In this document: positions 9,160 through 16,650 of the stretch, one piece after another
Layout of the letters: each line of letters starts with the position of its first letter
How positions within the stretch are numbered: the stretch's first letter is position 1
Assembly (NCBI GenBank): GCA_037719755.1
Contig: JBBJMB010000001.1
Coordinates: forward strand, 1-55,739
Length of the DNA stretch: 55,739 nucleotides
Reading direction: 5' to 3'
DNA from: Pyrinomonadaceae bacterium
GTDB taxonomy: Bacteria > Acidobacteriota > Blastocatellia > Pyrinomonadales > Pyrinomonadaceae
Notes under the pieces: generated by a model
The model's database searches: none
Seen by the model: only the letters and a program-made list of their open reading frames with translations
Told to the model about the DNA's origin: nothing
Made by a program: the position numbers and the translations under genes

Positions 9160-10620
9160 CTAGCGTCCGAGCAAAGCGCGGCGCAGTTCACTGACGGCTT
9201 CGGCGGCGGTGTAATCGGGGTGCGCGTAACAGCGGTCGTAAATTTCCACGGCGAGGCGAATCGTTTGACGCAAGTTGAGCAAGTTGCTGTCCAGACAATC
9301 GAGCAATCCTTGCGACACATCCAAGTAGCGATGCGCGTTGTCGTAACTGTAGGCTTGGCGATGCAGCACGTAAAGACGCGCCATCAGATCATCGAGCGCG
9401 GCCGCCGAAAGATATTTGCTCAAAGATAAAATCTGTTCTTCGTCTAACCAGCGACGGTAATCAAACGTGCTGGCGGAAGGCGTGACCGCGAAAAGCACCA
9501 GCAACTGACTGCGTTCTTTTAAGCGAAAAGGATGCGGCCGGTATTGATGTTCAAGATGCTCCTGCTGCACGCGACAGTCGGGGCGCGCGGCGAGGGCGGT
9601 GTAGATCAAGCCTTTAAAAAAATTGTCGGCGCGTTCTTGACCGCGTTGCGTGAGCAAGCTGTAATGCTCGGATTCATCAATGAAGACGGCCAGTCCCGCG
9701 TATCCGGCGCGTTTCGCGAGCCAGCCCCAGCCGTTCAGCAGATAGCAGTATTGGTCGGCGGCCGTCGTCATCTGCGAAAGCGTCGGAATGGGCGTTTCTT
9801 TGCTGCGCAGGGCGACCGCGTCGCGCACCTGTTTGATGATCACCTTTTCGCCTGCCATCCAATCAAGCAAGAGCGTCAAGGCTTCGTCCTGACGCTCGCG
9901 CATCAGCGAGTAGTTGTAAAGCGCGGAGCTGAAAAATGTGCCGCGCAAATCTTCCACAAGCTCGGCGTAGAGCTTCGGCTGCGTCACGATGCGCTCGAGC
10001 AGCGGCGTGAGCGAGCCGGCCGCATCGGGCGCCTCCGGGTAGCGCAGCGAGCGCATCAGCGAATTGTAAATGCGTTGCGGACGATTGGGCGGAACTTCGC
10101 GCGTATCCAAGCTCGTCGTGGCGACGATGAAATTATGCGCCAGGGCTTCTTGTGCGGCGAACTCGAAGAAATGGCTTTTGCCCGCGCCGTATTCGCCGAG
10201 CACAACGCGCACGTCGCCGCCGTCACGCTCCACGTTGGCGATCGCCGTTTGCAGGCTCGCGCGTTCGCTCTCCAAGCCCACGCTTAACTCGCGTATGCGT
10301 TTGGCCGGCACCACGCCGTAGCGCAAAGCCTCTATGGTGTGCCGCGCTTCGATTCTTTTGACGTCTTCGGCTGTGCGCGGCGCGGCGATAATTTGTTTGG
10401 CAGACTGGAAATGGCTTGCCAAATCAATTGACGCGGCCGCTGAAGTCGCTAGGGTGGAAAGCATGTTGGTTTGGACGACGGCGCGAATGCCGTTATCAAA
10501 GCGCACGGCCGCCTCGCGCGCGGCGTTGCGCAGTTCAACGATTTGCCCGCGCCCGAACAGAGGATGGCTGACGACATCTCCGGTCATGATTTCAGTATTC
10601 GCCGACCTCGCTGCGTCCAA
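9160..10620 (-). CDS. BrxD-like (DUF2791-type) P-loop NTPase, paralog 2, with N-terminal Tudor/SH3-like module
   Basis: Walker A VVLGEYGAGKSHF, Walker B YAGLAVFIDESE, and N-terminal IEALRYGVVPAKRIRELSVG. The likely start is ATG at 10587 (MTGDVVSHPLFGRGQIV...), 4 nt after the upstream stop, rather than the TTG at 10620. Confidence 0.65.
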   Translation of the reverse strand: MDAARSANTEIMTGDVVSHPLFGRGQIVELRNAAREAAVRFDNGIRAVVQTNMLSTLATSAAASIDLASHFQSAKQIIAAPRTAEDVKRIEARHTIEALRYGVVPAKRIRELSVGLESERASLQTAIANVERDGGDVRVVLGEYGAGKSHFFEFAAQEALAHNFIVATTSLDTREVPPNRPQRIYNSLMRSLRYPEAPDAAGSLTPLLERIVTQPKLYAELVEDLRGTFFSSALYNYSLMRERQDEALTLLLDWMAGEKVIIKQVRDAVALRSKETPIPTLSQMTTAADQYCYLLNGWGWLAKRAGYAGLAVFIDESEHYSLLTQRGQERADNFFKGLIYTALAARPDCRVQQEHLEHQYRPHPFRLKERSQLLVLFAVTPSASTFDYRRWLDEEQILSLSKYLSAAALDDLMARLYVLHRQAYSYDNAHRYLDVSQGLLDCLDSNLLNLRQTIRLAVEIYDRCYAHPDYTAAEAVSELRRALLGR

Positions 10621-11875
10621 GCTGTTCGGTCACGTTGCGCACCACGCCTTGCACGTTTTCGACTTCGTAAAGTCGTTCGCCGTCGATGCGCTGCTCGGTC
10701 AAAATGTCGATCAGCGATTTGACGAAGTGGCGGCGATGGCTGGTGGAAAGCAATGAGGAACAGCTTTCGGCCAAGCGCGCGATGTTTTCATGCTGCGTTT
10801 CGCGCGTGAGTTTCAAATCGTAGGCGTGCTCGAACACGTCCAACAGCTTTTCACCGATCATACGCAACAATTCTTCGCCGGGGTAATCAAGTTGATCCAG
10901 ACTGATTTGCACGCTGTAAGGATTTTTCCGCGAGAACTTCACTTTCGAGCTGATGCGCTGGCTGAGGGCCTCGTATTGCGGCGCGATATTGGTGACAAAG
11001 TATGGCGGAACGGCGTAAACGAAAAGCGACGACGGCAAGCTCTCGCCCGCGCAACGGTCGATCACTTCGCGTAAATTATCGCAGGCGACGCGCTCCGTGC
11101 GCGAAGAGCCGATGCTCACCATGCGGTCGCCTTCGTCAAACAAAAGCACAAGCCCGGCGTAACCGAATTCGTGAATCAACTGCGCCAGCGAGCGCAACAT
11201 TTTGAAGGCGATTGAGCGGTCAGGCTTTTCGGTAATGCTGAACTCGCGCACTTCTTTCAAGTTGACGGACTCGCCGCGCAGCCACGCTCCCAAAAGCCTT
11301 TTCTTCGTTTCATTTTCTTCGGCGACGGCTTGCAAATAAAAGTAAACGGCGTGGCGAAACGAAGGGCTTTCGACCTTGAAGCGCAAAATCGTTTCCAGCC
11401 ACAGCTTGGCGCGCAGATCCAATCCCATGGGGGTCAACGCTTGTTCGACGCCGAGCGTGCGCAGCGTGTGGAAGAAATGATTTTCGAGGAAAGCCTCTAT
11501 GCCTTGCGGATCTTCCACCCCCGGATCTGCTTCGTGAAAGATAAGATTGTTGACAACTGATTGATAAACCTTCAGTTGATTATCGTACGGGCATTCTTTC
11601 GGACTGAGCTCCGTGCGGCTGACCACGTAGCCGTTCTCCCAAGCTTTGTCACGCAGGCGGTAAAGGAAATGCGATTTGCCGCTGCCGTATTCGCCGACCA
11701 CCAACTTGAAACTCGAACCGCCGTCGCGCAAGTAACCGCGCAGGTACTCTTCTTCGAGCGTGCCGAGCAGCGAATCAATGCCGACCGAATAAGCCTCCAA
11801 GCCGCGCGTCGGCGGAATGCCCGATTCGCCTAATTTGCGAACAATGTGCTGCGCCTCGATTTGCGTGACCGTCAT
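10592..11875 (-). CDS. BrxD-like (DUF2791-type) P-loop NTPase, paralog 1
   Basis: Walker A LVVGEYGSGKSHF, Walker B YAGLVLLFDEGD, and N-terminal IVRKLGESGIPPTRGLEAYSVG. The architecture is colinear with the downstream paralog. ATG lies 23 nt after the upstream stop. Confidence 0.65.
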   Translation of the reverse strand: MTVTQIEAQHIVRKLGESGIPPTRGLEAYSVGIDSLLGTLEEEYLRGYLRDGGSSFKLVVGEYGSGKSHFLYRLRDKAWENGYVVSRTELSPKECPYDNQLKVYQSVVNNLIFHEADPGVEDPQGIEAFLENHFFHTLRTLGVEQALTPMGLDLRAKLWLETILRFKVESPSFRHAVYFYLQAVAEENETKKRLLGAWLRGESVNLKEVREFSITEKPDRSIAFKMLRSLAQLIHEFGYAGLVLLFDEGDRMVSIGSSRTERVACDNLREVIDRCAGESLPSSLFVYAVPPYFVTNIAPQYEALSQRISSKVKFSRKNPYSVQISLDQLDYPGEELLRMIGEKLLDVFEHAYDLKLTRETQHENIARLAESCSSLLSTSHRRHFVKSLIDILTEQRIDGERLYEVENVQGVVRNVTEQLGRSEVGEY

Positions 11876-11898
11876 AGCTCACATCTCAATTCGCTGAT

Positions 11899-12885
11899 TT
11901 ACTTCTCGGAAAAGTAAAGATCTTTGATGAACTGGCCGGCGGTCGCATCCGTCGCCAGGAACATCGCGCGCGCCGTGTCGCTGCCGACGTCAATGGTGGC
12001 CGTGCCCAGGTTAAGGCGCAGGTTGTTGTAAGTGAGTTTGCCCGAACGGCGCAGTTGCAGCATGTCGTAGGCGAAGTGCGTCTTTGGATAATCTTTGAAG
12101 CTGTTTTTGGAAGGCGTTTTGCGAAACGAGAGCGGTTGGCGCACCAGCACCAGCTCGCGGTAACAATCGACGATGTTCATGCGCGCTCCCATTTGTTTCC
12201 CCGCGAGTTTAAGCGTGCGCTCGTAAGCTTCATAAATCTCTTTGATTAATTCGTTGTAATCAACTTTTCTCTCGCACGTCTCGCGCCGCGCGCGCTCGTA
12301 AGCGCCCACGACTTGCGGCACATCAAGCTTGATCTTTTTGTCGATTGCGGATTGACGCGAAAAGCTAATTTCGACTTGTTTGCGGCGCAAGTCCGGTTTG
12401 ATGACGAACAAGTCCGCGACCAGGGCGGTCGGCTCGCCCGCGAGCTTGACGCCCCGCTCTTTAAAGGCCGCGCGCAAATCGCGGGCGAAAGTGAATTCCA
12501 GCTCGGAAAGATGCGCGTCGGCCAGGGTTTGCAGTTGCGCGAAAAGCTTTTGGGAGTTTTTCGGCAACTCCAGCTCCGCCGCTCGGTTGCCGAGCGCCAC
12601 GCCCGCTTCGTACAACGCGACGGCGCTGCTGTGCGGGTCTTTGAGGGCGCGCAACGCTTGCTCGATGGGGCCGATGACATCGCGCCGCATCTTCACTTCG
12701 CTCGCCAACTGTTGGCGCACTTCGCTCAAACTCATTGACAATTCGTCCGCGTTCGGCACGTCTTCCGCCGCCAAACGAGCGTGGCTTTGGTCACTCATCA
12801 GTTGGTTTTCTCCCGATTGTTTGATTATTTCGCGATCGACTTCGCCGCAAGTTACCGCCAAGCGCAGCCGCGCTTCGGAAAGCAT
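11899..12885 (-). CDS. Hypothetical protein, first gene of the NTPase-helicase cassette
   Basis: Long ORF with coding-like composition and no motif I can recognise. The internal ATG at 12798 (MSDQSHARL...) is preceded by GGGAGA about 10 nt upstream and is the likelier start (~299 aa). Confidence 0.6.
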   Translation of the reverse strand: MLSEARLRLAVTCGEVDREIIKQSGENQLMSDQSHARLAAEDVPNADELSMSLSEVRQQLASEVKMRRDVIGPIEQALRALKDPHSSAVALYEAGVALGNRAAELELPKNSQKLFAQLQTLADAHLSELEFTFARDLRAAFKERGVKLAGEPTALVADLFVIKPDLRRKQVEISFSRQSAIDKKIKLDVPQVVGAYERARRETCERKVDYNELIKEIYEAYERTLKLAGKQMGARMNIVDCYRELVLVRQPLSFRKTPSKNSFKDYPKTHFAYDMLQLRRSGKLTYNNLRLNLGTATIDVGSDTARAMFLATDATAGQFIKDLYFSEK

Positions 12886-12957
12886 CGCTCTTTGGGCGGC
12901 CTGCGGCGAGACTTGAAGTTTATCACAGGTATCGTCATGTGAATGTCGCCCGGCAAG

Positions 12958-13616
12958 CTACTGCTTTTGGTTTTGCACCCATTCTTCGAAAGCAAGCAGG
13001 GTTTCGTACTGATCTTGTTGCTGACTGTGTACGAGAAATTCTGTGAGCGTGCTGCCGGTCAACAAAGGCAATGCTTGGCTTGCTTGTGCCGTCAGATACT
13101 GATTTTGTTGTAAATGATAGATGGTGAGCGTTTGTCCATCGTAGCGCCAGATCTCAGGCACTCCAAGCGCAGCATAAATCGGGAATTTGGACAGCGACTG
13201 ATGGTGCAGATCAACCTCAACGACGATGTCCGGCGGCGGATCAGTGCTGAAATCGATTTCTTCTTCCGGCCAACGGAGTCTGCGCGCTGAACATAGAAAC
13301 AAGCGTCGGGCTCAGCCCCTTTGTTCTGACGCTGCTTCTTCATCGTCGCCGAGCCAAAAGAAAGAACTTTGATGCGCAGGCGAATGCTGAGCAGGCTCAC
13401 CATGCTATTGATGAGGTAAGAATATTTTTCGTGCTCGGTCGAAAGTATCATGATCTGCAACGCTCCTTGATCGTAGCTGATACGCAAGCCCTTTGCTGCT
13501 CCGACTTCTTCGAGCAACTCTTCGTATTCTTGCCAACTCTTGTCGTGCAAAATCAGTGTGCTGTCGACTGGTAGCTGTTCAATTACATCGTGATAACTCA
13601 CCGCTTGAACGCTCAT
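12958..13616 (-). CDS. Uma2 family (DUF820) PD-(D/E)xK-like endonuclease; one frameshift near 13290
   Basis: ORFs 13092..13616 and 12958..13302 join as ...GAEPDACFYV / ...RRLRWPEEEIDFSTDPPPDIVVEVDLHHQSLSKFPIYAALGVPEIWRYD, a typical Uma2 core. Visibly more AT-rich than its neighbours. Confidence 0.7.
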
Positions 13617-13777
13617 CGCTTATCTCCCTCAACCGCGCGCTCGGTTACGAAACTATTTCGCAAATTAACATTCCTGCTGTTTGCGCCACTCGACTTTGTG
13701 GTCCGGACCGTATCACAAAATCCCTTGAGGCTCGACAGTCAAACGAGTCATGCGAACTAAACGACAGCCAAAAACAT

Positions 13778-13818
13778 AATAAAAATGCGGCTCATCCATA
13801 AACTTTAGGATAAGCCGC
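13778..13818 (-). terminator. Rho-independent terminator after tRNA-Leu
   Basis: On the minus strand: GCGGCUUAUCC-loop-GGAUGAGCCGC (11-bp stem with one G-U pair) followed by AUUUUUAUU. Confidence 0.75.
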
Positions 13819-13884
13819 ACTTGAATTTTCGTGCCGCAAGGGACTTGCCTTTCGCTAATTCCCTAATGAGCCCGGCAATATTTT

Positions 13885-13969
13885 TGGTGGGGATGGAGAG
13901 ACTCGAACTCTCAAGGGTTGCCCCACATGCACCTCAAACATGCGCGTATACCAATTCCGCCACATCCCC
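13885..13969 (-). tRNA. tRNA-Leu (anticodon GAG), class II with long variable arm, CCA encoded
   Basis: Folded by hand. Acceptor GGGGATG/CATCCCC, discriminator A, CCA. D-arm GGCGGAATTGGTATACGCGC closely matches E. coli tRNA-Leu. Anticodon stem CATGT/GCATG with loop TTGAGGT. Variable arm GGGGCAACCCT. T-arm GAGAG-TTCGAGT-CTCTC. Confidence 0.9.
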
Positions 13970-14063
13970 CGCGAAAATCACTTTATCAAACAGCCATCGT
14001 TTTTTCTAGCTCCAAGTTGCCTTCGTTTTTGCCGGTAATCGACGGCTCCGCTCTTAAAAAATC

Positions 14064-14462
14064 TTACGGATTCGCCGGCACCGCTGTCGGTTGGGGCGGC
14101 GGCTGATTTTCGGCCGGGGCGCTGTTGTCCGGGCCGGGTGCCGCCGCCGGGTCGGCCATTGGAGCCGCGACAGTGGGCTGAGGCTGTGCCGTGGTCGATG
14201 ACTCCGGCGTTGTTTGCAGCACGGAGCGTGATCTTGTGAGTGCTGGCAGCGATAAGGTCAAAGCGGACAGCATAAATATAGCTGCGGCGATGATGGTCAC
14301 CTTGGCCAAAAGCGTTTGCGTTCCCCGCGGGCCGAAAGCCGTGCTCGACACGCCGCTCGAAAACAAAGCTCCCGCGTCGGCCTTACCCGGTTGCAGCAAC
14401 ACGCCGAGGATCAGCACAATACAAGAGAGAAAAAACACTCCGTAAACGATGTATGTCAGCAA
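14064..14462 (-). CDS. secG: Preprotein translocase subunit SecG with Pro/Ala-rich C-terminal tail
   Basis: MLTYIVYGVFFLSCIVLILGVLLQPGKADAGALFSSG...FGPRG is the SecG signature. Lies upstream of tRNA-Leu(GAG), as in the E. coli secG-leuU arrangement. Confidence 0.85.
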   Translation of the reverse strand: MLTYIVYGVFFLSCIVLILGVLLQPGKADAGALFSSGVSSTAFGPRGTQTLLAKVTIIAAAIFMLSALTLSLPALTRSRSVLQTTPESSTTAQPQPTVAAPMADPAAAPGPDNSAPAENQPPPQPTAVPANP

Positions 14463-14482
14463 TCCTCTAAAACCTTTCTGTG

Positions 14483-15241
14483 CTATCGATTGTAATTCAC
14501 GATTTGCGCGAAGCTGTTCGCTTCCAGGCTAGCGCCGCCGACCAAAGCGCCATCTATGTCTGGCTGTTTCATCAGGCCCGCGATGTTGTCAGGCTTGACT
14601 GAGCCGCCATAAAGGATGCGCAACGCGGCGGCTGTTTCCGCCGAGCTTCTTTCCGCAAAAACGCGCCGGATAAACGCATGCATTTCTTGCGCTTGTTCCG
14701 GCGTCGCGGTGCGTCCAGTGCCGATGGCCCAAACGGGCTCGTAGGCCAGGATGATAAGGTTTAGGTCATTGGCTGTCAACCCACTGATCCCGCCGTTAAG
14801 CTGGCGCGCGACCACCTCTTCGGCCTGTCCCGCTTCCCTTTCGTCAAGCGTTTCTCCGATGCACACAATCGGCGTTAACCCGGCCGCAAGCGCCGCCTCG
14901 GTTTTCCGCTTCACCGTCTCATCAATCTCGCCATAATATTGGCGGCGCTCGGAATGGCCGATGATGACGTACGTGGCGCCAACGTCGCCGAGCATCTCGG
15001 CCGACACTTCTCCCGTGTGGGCGCCCTGCTTCGTCTCAGTCGCACAGTCCTGACCGGCGACGTGCACATTGGAGCCTTCCAAGCGATCCGCTACTGTCTT
15101 AATCGCCGTAAAAACCGGCGCAATCACGACCTCACAGTGATTCGCATTGGCCACCAACGGGCGCAACGCCAACGCCGTCTCCACAGACTCGGAGATCCCT
15201 TTGTACATTTTCCAATTTCCAGCAATCACAGGTTTACGCAT
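14483..15241 (-). CDS. tpiA: Triosephosphate isomerase
   Basis: 252 aa. [16 protein letters not shown] and [11 protein letters not shown] motifs are present. Intact. Confidence 0.95.
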   Translation of the reverse strand: MRKPVIAGNWKMYKGISESVETALALRPLVANANHCEVVIAPVFTAIKTVADRLEGSNVHVAGQDCATETKQGAHTGEVSAEMLGDVGATYVIIGHSERRQYYGEIDETVKRKTEAALAAGLTPIVCIGETLDEREAGQAEEVVARQLNGGISGLTANDLNLIILAYEPVWAIGTGRTATPEQAQEMHAFIRRVFAERSSAETAAALRILYGGSVKPDNIAGLMKQPDIDGALVGGASLEANSFAQIVNYNR

Positions 15242-15252
15242 GGTTTTAAAGT

Positions 15253-15343
15253 ATGAACGCGGAACGATGAACGATGAAGTTCAAGACAGGATGAATTAAT
15301 TCCTTCTATTCCGAGAGTTCATCGTTCATCGTTCCGCGTTCAT
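15253..15343. repeat. Heptamer-built palindromic element (GAACGAT units) between pgk and tpiA
   Basis: Perfect 26-bp inverted repeat: ATGAACGCGGAACGATGAACGATGAA (15253..15278) and its reverse complement (15318..15343). The right arm overlaps the pgk stop codon and its last codons. Confidence 0.95.
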
Positions 15344-16536
15344 CGTTCATTCAGTGCTGCGACTCCCGGCAGTTCGTCGCCCGCGAGGAACTCTAGTGTG
15401 GCGCCGCCGCCGGTGGAGATGTGTGTGATGCGCTCGGCCACGCCGGCCTGCGTGATGGCGGCGACCGAGTCGCCGCCGCCGACGATCACTGTGGCGCCGC
15501 GATCAGCCGCTTCCGCGACGGCGCGGGCGACGCCGATGGTTCCTTCGTCAAAACCCTTTTCTTCAAAAACGCCCATCGGGCCGTTCCAGATGATCGTTTT
15601 TGCGCCGTCCAGGGCTTTGGCAAAAAGGTCTACGGTTTCGGCACCGATGTCGAGGCCGACCAAGCCGGCATTGGTGAATTCGATGGGAATCGTTTTGCGA
15701 CTGTGAAGCGGGTCGTATGAGTCGACCACCTGATGATCGGTGGGCAAAATCAATTCGACGTTGGCGGCGGCCGCTCGCTCTTTAATCTCGCGCGCGTTGT
15801 CGAGCATGTTGTCTTCGACCAGCGACTTGCCGATGGTAAAGCCTTCGGCTTTGAAGAAAGTGTAAGCCATCGCGCCGCCGATCAAGAGTTTGTCGACTTG
15901 ACGGTCGATCAGCGAGTTGATCACCGGTATCTTGTCTGAGACCTTCGCGCCGCCGAGAATGGCGACAAACGGATGCTCCGGGTCGTGCAAAACGCGGCCC
16001 AGATACTCCAGCTCTTTCTCCATCAAAAGGCCGGCCGCCGCTTGGCTGACGAATCGGGTGATGCCGGCCGTGGAGGCGTGCGCGCGGTGCGCGGTGCCGA
16101 AAGCGTCATTCACATAAACGTCGCCGAGCGCGGCTAATTGGCGGGCAAACTGTTCGTCGTTTTTTTCCTCTTCCGAGTGAAAGCGCAGATTTTCCAGCAG
16201 CAACACGTCGCCATCTTTGAGGGCGTTTGCCTTCGCCTGCGCTTCCTCGCCGATGCAATCGGAGGCAAACTCTACGGAGCGGCCGAGCAAATTGGAAAGA
16301 TGCTCCGCCACGGGCTGTAAGCTGTACTTCGGGTTGCGCTCGCCTTTGGGCCGCCCGAGATGAGAAGCCAAAATTAATCGCGCTCCGTGCTCAAGGGCGT
16401 AATTGATTGTCGGAAGAGCCGCTGTGATGCGCGAATCATCTTCGACCTTGCCATCTTTAATGGGAACGTTAAAGTCGACCCGCATCAAGAGACGGCGCCC
16501 TTTAACGTCCAAGTCTTTGATTGATAACTTATCCAT
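15340..16536 (-). CDS. pgk: Phosphoglycerate kinase
   Basis: 398 aa. RVDFNVP, SHLGRP and GGGDS motifs are present. Intact. Confidence 0.95.
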   Translation of the reverse strand: MDKLSIKDLDVKGRRLLMRVDFNVPIKDGKVEDDSRITAALPTINYALEHGARLILASHLGRPKGERNPKYSLQPVAEHLSNLLGRSVEFASDCIGEEAQAKANALKDGDVLLLENLRFHSEEEKNDEQFARQLAALGDVYVNDAFGTAHRAHASTAGITRFVSQAAAGLLMEKELEYLGRVLHDPEHPFVAILGGAKVSDKIPVINSLIDRQVDKLLIGGAMAYTFFKAEGFTIGKSLVEDNMLDNAREIKERAAAANVELILPTDHQVVDSYDPLHSRKTIPIEFTNAGLVGLDIGAETVDLFAKALDGAKTIIWNGPMGVFEEKGFDEGTIGVARAVAEAADRGATVIVGGGDSVAAITQAGVAERITHISTGGGATLEFLAGDELPGVAALNER

Positions 16537-16554
16537 GTCTTTTTGAAGAGGGGG

Positions 16555-16650
16555 TTGGAAGTCAGAACGATGAACGATGAAGTCAAAGCCATGAACTGCT
16601 CATTTTTGTCTTTACTTCTATCGTTCATCGTTCTGACTTCTGACTTCCAA
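16555..16650. repeat. Heptamer-built palindromic element (GAACGAT / AGAAGTC units) between gap and pgk
   Basis: Left arm TTGGAAGTCAGAACGATGAACGATGAAGT (16555..16583). The reverse complement of the right arm (16614..16650) is TTGGAAGTCAGAAGTCAGAACGATGAACGATAGAAGT, so it has one extra AGAAGTC unit. It abuts the gap stop codon. Confidence 0.9.

Noticed and set aside
9532-10287. Long antisense ORFs opposite real genes. Examples are 9532..10287, 55..501, 5896..6381, 20631..21449, 24397..25185, 26324..26869, 33465..33842, 39703..40371 and 54396..54827.
   Set aside because: They are typical GC-rich shadow ORFs. Their translations are Arg/Ala/Gly-rich with no motifs, and each lies opposite a gene with clear family signatures.
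6894-12885. The cassette could be a canonical BREX (type 2 or 6) locus.
   Set aside because: No PglX-like methyltransferase, PglZ alkaline-phosphatase-like protein, BrxC/PglY, BrxA/B or PglW is recognisable anywhere in the window. Only the accessory-type parts are present.
12886-12957. A sigma-70 promoter for the cassette (TTGCCG / TTCACA ... TGTGATAAACT on the minus strand).
   Set aside because: The hexamer spacing does not fit a canonical -35/-10 pair in any register I tried. The promoter consensus for this lineage is uncertain, so I made no call.
5700-13885. A bounded integrative genomic island at tRNA-Leu, with an integrase and att direct repeats.
   Set aside because: No integrase- or recombinase-like ORF is present. 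I found no repeat of the tRNA 3' end (GAGTCTCTCCATCCCCACCA or its complement) downstream. Only context and composition suggest accessory DNA.
13821-14106. Two 62-aa plus-strand ORFs (13821..14009, 13918..14106).
   Set aside because: They overlap the hand-folded tRNA-Leu and the secG 3' end on the opposite strand, so they are not credible as coding.
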